A DNA stretch of 64,000 nt, taken from Halorarum halobium (GTDB taxonomy: Archaea > Halobacteriota > Halobacteria > Halobacteriales > Haloferacaceae). How positions within the stretch are numbered: the stretch's first letter is position 1; every line of letters begins with the position of its first letter. The notes beneath the pieces are model-generated. The model was not told the origin of the DNA. It made no database searches and worked only from the letters and a program-made list of their open reading frames with translations. The stretch is taken from positions 2,666,001-2,730,000 of the forward strand of contig NZ_CP134949.1 of the NCBI RefSeq assembly GCF_032116555.1, written 5' to 3'. Of this stretch, positions 39,995 through 49,505 are shown one piece after another. Position numbers and translations under genes: made by a program.

Positions 39995-41152
39995 GTGCAA
40001 GGAATTTCTCTCGTTGATATTGGTCTCGAGTGGTTTGAAGATGTGATCGATTGGGTCATTGAGTGGTTTAATCGGGGCATTACTGACGGATACGCTGTCT
40101 TATCCGAATCCCTCCTGGGAACACCAACTCCAGAGTCCAGTAGCGGCTTCGTCTTTGGTTCACCAACGAACGAACCCTGGATTGCATTGCACGATTCACT
40201 CGTCGGTGGAGATATCCAACTCATTGCACTCCTCCTGTTGGTCGTCTGTGTCCAGGGGCGTCACACGATTCGAATCTTTAACATAGGAAGTAGATATGAG
40301 GCACAGCGAGCGAAGCGAACGGCTTGGACAGGCGCGATCCTGATCGTTGCCTGGTACTGGGTCGGGGCGCTGAGCCTCTATCTGGTGGACGGCTTCACAA
40401 TCGCACTGATTCCAGATGTGAGCGCTGTGACGGATGCAATGGTTGAATTCCTACGGGTTTCCATTTCTAACCCCGCCCTGGCGCTCGTACTCGCTATAAT
40501 CGGTGGGATCGCCATGTGGACCCTTCAGGCGCTCCTGTTCATACGTGAGCTATTACTCTACGTCTATCTCTATGGGATGCCGCTCGCCGTCGCACTCACG
40601 TATGGAAACATCCCCGTCGTTTCACGAATCGCCTCCGCCCTCAGCCTGAAGTTCGTTCCGCTCGCGCTGATGCCGCTTCCCGTCGCGATCCTGTTCAAGG
40701 CGTACGAACTCCTGTTCAGTGAGGGGATTCAGTCGACGCTCGCACCAACGACTGCATTCCTCAGTACGATACTCGCGGTCTCGCTCCCGGTTCTGGCCGT
40801 GCTCGTCGTCTGGAAGGTGTTCAAATACGCCTCCCCGCTGACCACTGCAGTCATCGGGACGACCTCGGGTGCCGCAGTCACAGCGGGGACGATCATCACT
40901 GCAGGTGCGGTTGGTGGCCCGACTGCGGCCACCACTGCGGCACGGTGGGGCTCCAAAGCTGCTGCCGGTCACGTCACGGCACAGCGAGTCGCATCCGGGG
41001 GCAGTGGGACAGGACACACTGGAGCACGCCAGGGGACGTCCAGTTCACCGACCCAGCAGGACGCGCTCGCGCCTGAGTCGACTCGACGGTCGGGAGCACC
41101 GTCGTATCGACGCACGGAGAACGACCCCGGTCACTCGGGTGACCGGCGATGA
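39995..41152 (+). CDS. VirB6/TrbL-like polytopic membrane protein
   Basis: About 6 TM segments then a Gly/Ala/Thr-rich tail; position upstream of VirB3/VirB4-like genes. Confidence 0.6.
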   Translation: MQGISLVDIGLEWFEDVIDWVIEWFNRGITDGYAVLSESLLGTPTPESSSGFVFGSPTNEPWIALHDSLVGGDIQLIALLLLVVCVQGRHTIRIFNIGSRYEAQRAKRTAWTGAILIVAWYWVGALSLYLVDGFTIALIPDVSAVTDAMVEFLRVSISNPALALVLAIIGGIAMWTLQALLFIRELLLYVYLYGMPLAVALTYGNIPVVSRIASALSLKFVPLALMPLPVAILFKAYELLFSEGIQSTLAPTTAFLSTILAVSLPVLAVLVVWKVFKYASPLTTAVIGTTSGAAVTAGTIITAGAVGGPTAATTAARWGSKAAAGHVTAQRVASGGSGTGHTGARQGTSSSPTQQDALAPESTRRSGAPSYRRTENDPGHSGDRR

Positions 41153-42264
41153 CCGACGACCAAGCGGCAGCCCGTCGGATCATGGATGCGATCGGCGACG
41201 AAGGTCGCATCCCGATCATCAACGTCCGCGAAGGTGACGTATACGTCCTCATCGGCTTTCCGACGGTCGGCCTTCTCGGTGGTGGACTCACCGGCGTGGA
41301 CGCCCTCGTGCTCCCGCTCGTCCTGCTCGGCGTCCTCGTAGGCGTTGCCACGATCGTCGCCGCTCCCGCACACCTCCCTGCAGCGACGTGGCTGCGCGAC
41401 GTCTCCCGGTACTATCTCACCCGCCCCCGTGTAACGTTTGCCACACCGGAAGGACCGTCCACCGGAAGCGCCGACGCAGTCAGGCGAACTGATGGTGGGC
41501 TCGTCCAGTACGGTCCGTTCACCCCGGATGAACGCACGCAGGACCTCACCCACATCGAGCGCGCCTGGCCAGGTGCGAGCGCGCTCGAACGGGATGACGG
41601 CACCATGGTCGGGATGCTGCAGGTCGACCCCGCGAACATGGACTTTGCCATGTCGGGCGACTGGGCTGGACGACAGGCCAAGGCAGCCGAATTTGCCAAC
41701 AATGACCTCGAGTTCCCCCTCACGCTGTATACGTCGACGCGACCGTTTCCGGTCAACCGCCTCGTCGACCAGATCGATGATCGGCTCGCCGACGAGGACG
41801 TGAAGGCGAATCCGACGTATCACGACCTGCTCACGGAGTATCGGGAGCGACGACCCGAAGAACTCACAGATATCCAGCAGATTCACTACTATCTCGGCGT
41901 CGAAGTGACGCCGTTTGAGGTGTACAATCGGGACCGAGACGAGCGCTCGCCCGCAGAACGGCTCAGTCGCATCCCGCTGTTCGGGCTCCTCTTTACGCCA
42001 TTCGTCACGCGGCGTGACCGCCTCAGCGAGGCAGCACTCCGTGCGGCGATGTTCGAGCACCTCGACAGGCGCTGTCGGACGGTCGAGACTGAACTCGTCG
42101 GGTCGATGAGTGGGTGGGCAGCCCGCCGTCTCGATACACCCGAGCTGTTCGTCCTCGCAATGGACTTCTGGAACGGCGAAACCCACGAGTACGGCGATGC
42201 TGCGAGTGTGCTTTCGAACACCCCCGCCGCCAGCGGGACACGACAGAGGGACGATGGGAGGTGA
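41149..42264 (+). CDS. VirB3/PrgI-like membrane protein with a soluble extension
   Basis: Two N-terminal TMs then a soluble domain; directly upstream of and overlapping the VirB4-like gene. Confidence 0.55.
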   Translation: MTDDQAAARRIMDAIGDEGRIPIINVREGDVYVLIGFPTVGLLGGGLTGVDALVLPLVLLGVLVGVATIVAAPAHLPAATWLRDVSRYYLTRPRVTFATPEGPSTGSADAVRRTDGGLVQYGPFTPDERTQDLTHIERAWPGASALERDDGTMVGMLQVDPANMDFAMSGDWAGRQAKAAEFANNDLEFPLTLYTSTRPFPVNRLVDQIDDRLADEDVKANPTYHDLLTEYRERRPEELTDIQQIHYYLGVEVTPFEVYNRDRDERSPAERLSRIPLFGLLFTPFVTRRDRLSEAALRAAMFEHLDRRCRTVETELVGSMSGWAARRLDTPELFVLAMDFWNGETHEYGDAASVLSNTPAASGTRQRDDGR

Positions 42265-44332
42265 ACTCCCCTGGTCGGGAGTCGCACTCCAGGCCTCCGT
42301 CAGCGGGTCGCCGACAGACCTGGCAGTCCTCCTCGGTGTGCTGCTGCTCGGCATCCTTGGAGCGACACTTTGGCACAGGCGCGCGAGGACGGACGAGTTC
42401 GACCCGACGAGCGTGTTCGACGACGCCACCCTCGAGGCCGCACCTGCTGACCATGCGGTCCTCACCGACGTGTCGGAGCGACACAAACGAGCACTCGCAC
42501 CAGCCGCGATCGAGTGGGACACCAGAACGGCGCGCGTCGGCGAGCAGTGGACGACGACGCTCTACGTCGCTGACTGGCCTGATTATCCTGCGGATGGGTA
42601 TCTCAACGAGCTGTTCACCGTCACGGATGTCCCGTTCGATTGTAGCATCCGACTCACGCCGACGAATCAGGAGCGGGCGCTCGATGATCTCCAGTCGGTC
42701 GCTGACGACCTACAGGTCGATGCCGATCTCGATCGGAGCGTTCGCGGCCGCTATCTGCAAGAACGGGCTGCAGAAGCGGCCGCCACCTACACCGCCGTCG
42801 AGAACGGCCAGCGCGTCTTTGCACAGGCCATGTTCATCACCGTCCGGGCGGACGACCGGGCGACCCTCCGCGAGAACGTCCAGACGCTTCGGCGACGTCT
42901 TCGCGAAACGCCCGCCAATCTCACGCCCAAGACGGCCATCTGCAAGCAGGATCTCGCGATTCAGGGGGCTGCCCCGCTGAGTGGAAACCCCTTTGGCCGC
43001 GAGGCGGTGGCGCTCGGAGGTGCAGTCGGGGCGTTGCTCGCCACACCCCATTCGCCGACGATCCTCGAACCGGGCGGTATCGAAGTCGGCGTGCATCGCC
43101 ACACGAACAGCCCGCTCGTCATCGACGACTTCGCCCGCGAGAACGGCTACGCCAAGTTCACGGTGGGCGACCCAGGCTCGGGCAAGTCATTCGGCGCGAA
43201 ACAACAGTTCCTCCGGTCCGTCGCACAGTCACCTGACCGCCTCGGCATCATCCTCGAGCCGCTCAACAACTGGGCCGGCGTCGCAGACGCACTGGGCGCT
43301 CGCCGCATCACTGTCGGCGGGACGACAGGGCTGAATCCGCTCGAACTCAAGCAAACGCCAGCACACGTCCAGCGGGCGATGGGCGAGGACGCCAGTCCGT
43401 TCAACGAGAAACTGGCGAGCGTCCTCAGCTTTCTCACGAACTATTTCGCCCTCCGAGGCGTCGAACTCGGTGACCGACGGACCACGCTCGAACTCGCCAT
43501 CACCGAGTCGTATCGCGAGCAGGGCATTACCGACGATATCACCACGCACTCGAGCGAGAGTCCGACACTGCGGGACGTCCTCGATATCCTCACGGAGCTG
43601 GTGGACGACCCAGAGTCCTACGTCGTCCGAACATCCGCGGAGGCGTCCAAACTCCGGGCAGATGCGACCTGGCTCATCGACCAACTCCGCCCGTTTGCAG
43701 ACGGTGGGAGTTTCGAGAACCTCGGTCGGCCGACGCAGTTTGACATTCGCGATGAGGGACTCATCTATCTCGATCTCGGCCAGCAGGAGGGCAGCGCCGG
43801 TGGAAACACGAGTCTCCTGATGCAGTTGCTCATCTCACTGGTCTATGAACGTGCGAAGGAGACGGACAAGGAGGTCGTCTTCGCGATCGACGAGGCGAGA
43901 TACCTGTTCAAAGAGGCTGCAAATCTGGAGTTCTTCGAGACGATCTTTCGTCATCACCGGCACCACGATCTGTCGATTCAACTCATCACACAGACGGTCG
44001 ATGAGTTCTTCCAGCGACCGGAAGCAGAGATGATCCTCGATCAGTGTGCCATCAAGCAGTTCCACCGCCTCGATGGGATGGATGAAGCGTGGGCCAACGA
44101 GTTCGGCCTCAATTACGCCCAGATGCGCTTCGTTCAGGATGCCATCCCTGGGAACGACCGTGCGGGCTATTCGGAGGCGCTCATCGGTGTCGATGGCGAG
44201 TGGCGCGGGATGGAAATTCGAGCGTTGTCTCGGGAGGCAGCGGTCATCGACTTCGATCCGACCAATGAAGATTCACCGGACGTCCCGGGCCAGCCACCTG
44301 ATCCAGCGATGCGTGAACGGGAATCGGACTGA
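42254..44332 (+). CDS. VirB4-like type IV secretion/conjugation ATPase
   Basis: Walker A GDPGSGKS, GLNPLE, PTLRDV, Walker B FAIDEA, RHHRHHDLSIQLITQTVDEF; ATG 42254. Confidence 0.85.
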   Translation: MGGELPWSGVALQASVSGSPTDLAVLLGVLLLGILGATLWHRRARTDEFDPTSVFDDATLEAAPADHAVLTDVSERHKRALAPAAIEWDTRTARVGEQWTTTLYVADWPDYPADGYLNELFTVTDVPFDCSIRLTPTNQERALDDLQSVADDLQVDADLDRSVRGRYLQERAAEAAATYTAVENGQRVFAQAMFITVRADDRATLRENVQTLRRRLRETPANLTPKTAICKQDLAIQGAAPLSGNPFGREAVALGGAVGALLATPHSPTILEPGGIEVGVHRHTNSPLVIDDFARENGYAKFTVGDPGSGKSFGAKQQFLRSVAQSPDRLGIILEPLNNWAGVADALGARRITVGGTTGLNPLELKQTPAHVQRAMGEDASPFNEKLASVLSFLTNYFALRGVELGDRRTTLELAITESYREQGITDDITTHSSESPTLRDVLDILTELVDDPESYVVRTSAEASKLRADATWLIDQLRPFADGGSFENLGRPTQFDIRDEGLIYLDLGQQEGSAGGNTSLLMQLLISLVYERAKETDKEVVFAIDEARYLFKEAANLEFFETIFRHHRHHDLSIQLITQTVDEFFQRPEAEMILDQCAIKQFHRLDGMDEAWANEFGLNYAQMRFVQDAIPGNDRAGYSEALIGVDGEWRGMEIRALSREAAVIDFDPTNEDSPDVPGQPPDPAMRERESD

Positions 44333-44493
44333 GATTGAAACGGCCCTGTTGAAACCCTCGATTGGTGATCGGTTTCAGGAGCCGAGCTGCATACCTGGCA
44401 CGCATCGGGCACCAGGGGACTCTGTGACGGCCAGTTGACTCGCTACACACAGCATAAAAGATTATCGTGCGTCTGTGATTCTATCTCGTCACT

Positions 44494-45537
44494 ATGCTTA
44501 GAGTCGGTGCTGAGGAAGACGTATCCACCTTGGAAACGGTTTCACTGAAGGAAGAAGGATTTCGTGAAGACGACCTTCGAGAATGGATAATCACTAGTCC
44601 TGAGAGTATCCTTGGTGAGGATTTCCGGCTCATCGGTCGAGAGGTTTCTGTGAAACAGATCGGCGATGGGATCGATCTCCTCGCCATTGATCGTGACGCC
44701 AACGTGGTCGCTATCGAACTCAAACGAGGCGCATTGAAACCAAAGGTCGATTTTCAAGGACTCAAGTACGCCGCATACACCTCACACTGGGATTACTCTA
44801 AACTCCGTGACCAGTTCAAGAAGTTCAAATCTACGACGTGGGGGCAGACCCTCTACGAGGATGAAACTACGTTTACCGAGGTACTCGACGAGTTCTGCAA
44901 CGAAGACTATACGCTCAATCAGGATCAGCGAATCGTCTTCGTGGGTGAGTCCGTCCGCGAGCGGCTGGACATCGTGCTCCGGTGGCTCAGCGACCGGTCA
45001 ATCGACATCTCGGTCATCGAATTCCAACTCCTCAAGGACGATGACCGGCTGTATCTCGATGCGGAACAGACTATACCGACGCTGGAACACACCGTGACAG
45101 ATGTCAGTCCAGACACCTCCGACGAGCCATGGAAGGAGGACGGACAGAGTTGGCACCTCAACGAGCGTTCCAACGAACAATCAGCCGATCTACTAGAAGA
45201 CGTTACAACTGCACTCCAGGAACTGGAGTTCCTCAACGGTCCGGAGTGGGGGCAAAAGCACTACGTTGCATTCAACAGAGGCCGAAAGCGCCGTATCGCG
45301 ATCCGGACGAAGCGAACACTGTTCCACATTGACCTGTACGATGTCGATACCGCGTCGCTAGACGCTATGGAGATCGCAGACGCCCTCAGAATCGATACTG
45401 GGTCAGTAGCAGTCAAGGAGGATATGCGAGGAAGTGGTCGAAGCGGCGTGAGAATTACTTGTAAGCCGGATCAGGAGATCGATTTTGACGCGCTTGAATC
45501 ACAGGCTCGGGAGATACTCGGCGAGACTAGCGGGTGA
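44494..45537 (+). CDS. NucS/DUF91-like PD-(D/E)XK endonuclease domain protein
   Basis: EDDLREWI, GREV, IDLLAID, IELKRG and Q-x3-Y (QGLKYAAY) motifs. Confidence 0.75.
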   Translation: MLRVGAEEDVSTLETVSLKEEGFREDDLREWIITSPESILGEDFRLIGREVSVKQIGDGIDLLAIDRDANVVAIELKRGALKPKVDFQGLKYAAYTSHWDYSKLRDQFKKFKSTTWGQTLYEDETTFTEVLDEFCNEDYTLNQDQRIVFVGESVRERLDIVLRWLSDRSIDISVIEFQLLKDDDRLYLDAEQTIPTLEHTVTDVSPDTSDEPWKEDGQSWHLNERSNEQSADLLEDVTTALQELEFLNGPEWGQKHYVAFNRGRKRRIAIRTKRTLFHIDLYDVDTASLDAMEIADALRIDTGSVAVKEDMRGSGRSGVRITCKPDQEIDFDALESQAREILGETSG

Positions 45538-45571
45538 TACAGAGTACTCGCTTATTGGTCAGTACAGCAGA

Positions 45572-45784
45572 TTATTCTTCGAGAGTGTCTGTTGCCGTCT
45601 CGAAGAGTCGGTCTGTCCACGCTGGGAAGACGAGAGCAGCGAGGGTTCCAACGACGACACCAACAACAATTCCCTGTGTGATATCCTGGAGAACTGTCGT
45701 TCCGAGTGCCGCTCCAAACGCCACTCCAACCAGCATTGCGAAGACGACCCGTTCTCCCCCAGTGTCGTCGGACTCCTCAGACAT
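45572..45784 (-). CDS. Small 2-TM protein
   Basis: 70-aa ORF with two hydrophobic helices and acidic termini. Confidence 0.5.
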   Translation of the reverse strand: MSEESDDTGGERVVFAMLVGVAFGAALGTTVLQDITQGIVVGVVVGTLAALVFPAWTDRLFETATDTLEE

Positions 45785-45999
45785 CCGTATCAGATAGATC
45801 TCCGGGAGGCAAAAATAACTGGGGGCAGCGTCGCGTGAGCTGAAATGGCTGGTCGGTTCGCAGGTTCATCTTAGCGGCTGTTTCAGCGTTCACTCGAGAA
45901 AACACATCGTCGGCGTACTGTTGAATACCCCTCTGTATTCAGCAGGAAGATCCTGTCAGAGTTCGATAGTTTCAATGGAGTCATTGTAACGCAACGCCC

Positions 46000-46311
46000 C
46001 TAGTCTGTGGATTCATCCGAGTCAGTCTCATCGGAAAGCCGGCTGGAGAGTCGGTCGAATCGATCCGATGCAGATTCTGTTCGCTCCGTGGTCTCATCGG
46101 CTTCGTAGGTGAACTCGACGGGTTCACCGTCCTCCAGATTGACGGTGAAGACCGCATCCTGATGCTGGCCATCGTTGGGGAGGTGCGAGCGCGGAACGAC
46201 TTCCTCACCGACCACTTCACCATCCGATTCGTAGAGTAAGACCGCAACCTCCTCGCCGTCTTCAGTCTCTTCGAACCGGTCGAGCACGGCAGTTTGCGTG
46301 GTCTCACTCAT
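46000..46311 (-). CDS. DUF3006-like small acidic protein
   Basis: TAVLDRFEE..AVLLYE..HLP..RFDRLSSRL; coupled to the ComEC-like gene, a common pairing. Confidence 0.7.
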   Translation of the reverse strand: MSETTQTAVLDRFEETEDGEEVAVLLYESDGEVVGEEVVPRSHLPNDGQHQDAVFTVNLEDGEPVEFTYEADETTERTESASDRFDRLSSRLSDETDSDESTD

Positions 46312-47756
46312 GAGTACTCCTCTTCGATAACGACCTGCTCGTTCGAATCGGTAACGGTCACTGTGTCGCCTCCGTTGTTCCAGATCGCGCTGTCTGCCCC
46401 CCAGTACAGATCAGTGCTCGAATCCGTCCCACTCCCTGTGTGGAGGGTGACTCGCTCGCCAGGTGCCATCGTGAACCCATCCGGAACGGTGTAGCTGTGG
46501 CCCGCCTCGTCTGATATCTGCCATCCGGAGAGGTCGAGCATCTCTTCTCCCGTATTCTCGAAGATGACGTACTCGTCGTTCAAGTTCTCGTTGTCATTCC
46601 CATCCGCATCCGCGTGCACCTCGGCCACCCCGAGTGCAGGTGTTCTGTCATCTGTGGATGTGGTCGTCGTCTCTGAGTCCGACGTCTCGGTGGAATCGAA
46701 GCCGCCGTCAGCGAGTGTGGCACCGAGCGTCAGTCGATGGTCGAGTCGCCCGGTACTCCCCGGTTCGATGGGAGAGCCGTCTCGAAGCTCAGTCGCCGTC
46801 GTCGGTGCCGACTGCTGCGTCCAGACCTCGACTGCTGTGCCGTTCGTACGGACGGCAACTGAGCCGTGGGTTGCCGTCCAGTAGGTCGTGATCTCACGGT
46901 CTGTGAGTCGCTCAAGCGTCTCCGTGTGAGGGTGGCCATACTGCGAATCGTACCCGCTCGGGATGATTGCGATCCGTGGCGAGGTCGCCTCGAGGAAGGC
47001 TGGTCCGGAACTCGAGCGACTCCCGTGGTGGCCGACCTGAAGCACGGTCACGTTGAGTCGGTCGCCGTACCTCTCGACGAGGTGGGCTTCATGTTCGGCT
47101 TCCGCGTCACCGGGGAACAGAAAGCCCGTCTCACCGTACTGCACGGAGATGACGATGCTGTTCTCGTTTCTTTCCTCATCGGCGAGATACGGCTCCGGTG
47201 GGCCGAGGACCGTGGCGTTCACACCGTCGAGCGGTAGTGTATCACCGGCTCTCGTCTCGTACAGGGGAACGTCGTGTTCTTCGATCGCATCGAGGTACTC
47301 AGAATACGTCTGTGAACTCGACGCGATACCGGGGTCATACACTGCGCCGACTCCGTCTTTATCAGTCTCATAGTGATTGATGACCGCCGCATGCCCCCCG
47401 ATGTGATCAGCATCAGCGTGCGACGTGACTAGGTGGTCGATGCGCTCGATGCCGAGCCGATCTAGATACGCCAAGACGTACTCGCCGTCGTCGGACCAGT
47501 CACCTGAATCGATCAACATGGTCTCGCCGGGCGGCGTGATGAGAAGCGTGCTCGCGCCCTGGCCGACGTTGATGTAGTGGACTTCGAGCGTCCCGTTGAC
47601 GCCACCCTGTGTCGGTGGCGCTTCTGAGACGGTGGAGGGTGTCGGCGAGTCGGTGTGAACATCGCTGGGAGGGCTCCCCGCGAGACCCCCAAGACAGCCA
47701 CTCAGCGACACGATCACGACGATCGCGACGATGAGTCCTCCTCGTCGGTCAAGCAT
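46308..47756 (-). CDS. ComEC/Rec2-like metallo-beta-lactamase nuclease lipoprotein with a C-terminal lamin-tail domain
   Basis: LSGC lipobox; INVGQG, LIDSG, SHADADHIGG, FPGDAE, GHHGS, YGHPH; LTD motifs EYVIFEN, DLSGW, IWNNGGD. Confidence 0.88.
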   Translation of the reverse strand: MLDRRGGLIVAIVVIVSLSGCLGGLAGSPPSDVHTDSPTPSTVSEAPPTQGGVNGTLEVHYINVGQGASTLLITPPGETMLIDSGDWSDDGEYVLAYLDRLGIERIDHLVTSHADADHIGGHAAVINHYETDKDGVGAVYDPGIASSSQTYSEYLDAIEEHDVPLYETRAGDTLPLDGVNATVLGPPEPYLADEERNENSIVISVQYGETGFLFPGDAEAEHEAHLVERYGDRLNVTVLQVGHHGSRSSSGPAFLEATSPRIAIIPSGYDSQYGHPHTETLERLTDREITTYWTATHGSVAVRTNGTAVEVWTQQSAPTTATELRDGSPIEPGSTGRLDHRLTLGATLADGGFDSTETSDSETTTTSTDDRTPALGVAEVHADADGNDNENLNDEYVIFENTGEEMLDLSGWQISDEAGHSYTVPDGFTMAPGERVTLHTGSGTDSSTDLYWGADSAIWNNGGDTVTVTDSNEQVVIEEEYS

Positions 47757-47851
47757 ACTACTCAGTTCGCTGGACGAGGGAAAACGTTTGAGTTCGGACT
47801 CCCCGCATCACCACATCGATCAGCACACGTTCAAATGATCCCAACCGCAAT

Positions 47852-48802
47852 CTAGCTCCGACCGTCGACTGCCTCGATGATTGTCGTTGCTGTTCGACTG
47901 ATTCGACCGAGTCTGTCGAGAATCGATCCGGGTTCTTCGCCGTGCCAGGCTGCCAGATAGTACTCAGATCCGCTCGTGTCGAGCCCGAAGTACCGACCGA
48001 CGATGGCGGCGACCGCTTCGGCCTCCAGTTCACGTTTCGCCCGTTCTGCTTCGTCGTCGACGCCACCGTGAAGGATTGCATGGGCGTACTCGTGGACGAG
48101 CGTTACGGCGAGGTCGGCCCGATTTTCACGGTCGCGGACTTCGACAGTCGCTGTTCCTTTTCCATCGTCTGGATACGTACAGACTCCCATCGCCTCGCCG
48201 TGTGTCCACACACCAGGCTCGACGATCTCGACGTCGATCGAGAGGGGAGGGGCAGCATCGAGGAGTGCTGGAACCAGCTCGTCTGCATCTCCCGTCGCCG
48301 CAGTCTCCAGTTCCGGGAGCGGCTCCCCCTCGGTCTGTGAGACGTCGAACACGGGAACGGGTCGAAAGCCCACGAGTCCCTCGTCCCACTCCTCTGGGGC
48401 GGTCTCATCGTACTCGCAGTCGCTCGATTTGTGGAATGAGGGGGAGTTCTCACACTTGGGGCACCGAGTCGTGATGATGGGTGCCCAGATCCAGATCGCG
48501 GATTCGCCTTCCTGCACCTGCCGGTCAAACTCTTCCTGCCACGTTCGATATCCGGTGACTCGGGTTGCCTCCGGACACTGCAGCGCGATGAGGAGGGTAT
48601 TGCGGTGGGAGTAGTCGTGAAAGCATCTCTGGACGGCCAGCCAGCGCTCGAACGCTTCGCTCGCTCTCGCGTCGGTAACGTCTGCTACGAGGTCATGGGC
48701 CCACTGTTCGATCGTGCTGTGCATCTCCTCGTCGCGATCGTCTGAGTTGGCAAAGGAAGCGACTCGCGTCGGTTCGGACTCCTCAGTGGTTGTCTCAGGC
48801 AT
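47852..48802 (-). CDS. ArdC-like ssDNA-binding/anti-restriction protein with a zincin domain
   Basis: FHDYSHRNTLLI, VTGYRTW, RQVQEGESAIWIWAP, VFDVSQTEG, HEYAH, ELEAEAVA; ATG 48802. Confidence 0.82.
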   Translation of the reverse strand: MPETTTEESEPTRVASFANSDDRDEEMHSTIEQWAHDLVADVTDARASEAFERWLAVQRCFHDYSHRNTLLIALQCPEATRVTGYRTWQEEFDRQVQEGESAIWIWAPIITTRCPKCENSPSFHKSSDCEYDETAPEEWDEGLVGFRPVPVFDVSQTEGEPLPELETAATGDADELVPALLDAAPPLSIDVEIVEPGVWTHGEAMGVCTYPDDGKGTATVEVRDRENRADLAVTLVHEYAHAILHGGVDDEAERAKRELEAEAVAAIVGRYFGLDTSGSEYYLAAWHGEEPGSILDRLGRISRTATTIIEAVDGRS

Positions 48803-48811
48803 CTTGTTCTC

Positions 48812-48831
48812 GCTCCGCACCCATCGGGAGC
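48812..48831. promoter_or_regulatory. Conserved leader hairpin, copy 1 (upstream of ardC-like gene)
   Basis: GCTCC-GCACCC-ATCG-GGAGC. Confidence 0.6.
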
Positions 48832-49053
48832 CGACAAAACCGACCTCATGGCGGCCAGGAGGTGAGTGGCGCGACGACGGAATTGGAGCTACTTGGTCCG
48901 ACACTGGCCGCTGGCTCGATTGGGACCGTTCTACGGTAATCTCCCTTATAATGAGACAGAGGATCTGCTAACCTGACGAGGTCCTGTTAGAGTAAGTATC
49001 CGGGAGGAAACGTGACGAGAAGTGTCGATAGGAGGTATATCTCAATAGACTCA

Positions 49054-49440
49054 ATGACAATCATGGATGTCACTGAATTGACGCTGATGGAACTTCGTAA
49101 AATGTGCATAAGCTTCTACAATGATGAAAAGGAACATATCCGTTCCATCATTTTGTACGGAAGCGCCGCAAGAGCCCATCTCGGCCACGGTGACTCACCT
49201 GGAGATTTTGATTTGAATATGTTCTTTTCCGATAAGTCAGCAATCAGCTCCACCCATGGAATGCCGAAGATCATCGGAGAACTTGATGGATTGGAGGTTG
49301 AGGTGATGAGAAACAAGGTGGCCGATGAGATCTCCATCGATCAATACGTGGATGCTCAACAATCCAAACGATGGAAGGGAATTCAGACCAATCCGGTTGT
49401 CCAGATTTATCCGACGATCAAACGAAAATCGTGGGGATAA
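49054..49440 (+). CDS. Minimal nucleotidyltransferase-like protein (AT-rich orphan)
   Basis: IILYGSAAR...GDFDL (GS + DxD) pol-beta motif; start uncertain (49012, 49054 or 49063). Confidence 0.55.
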   Translation: MTIMDVTELTLMELRKMCISFYNDEKEHIRSIILYGSAARAHLGHGDSPGDFDLNMFFSDKSAISSTHGMPKIIGELDGLEVEVMRNKVADEISIDQYVDAQQSKRWKGIQTNPVVQIYPTIKRKSWG

Positions 49441-49505
49441 GAGCATCAACAGTATTCTATGCAACGATTCCGGGGGAGCTGAGATTCTCGTGTACTGACT
49501 GTGAG

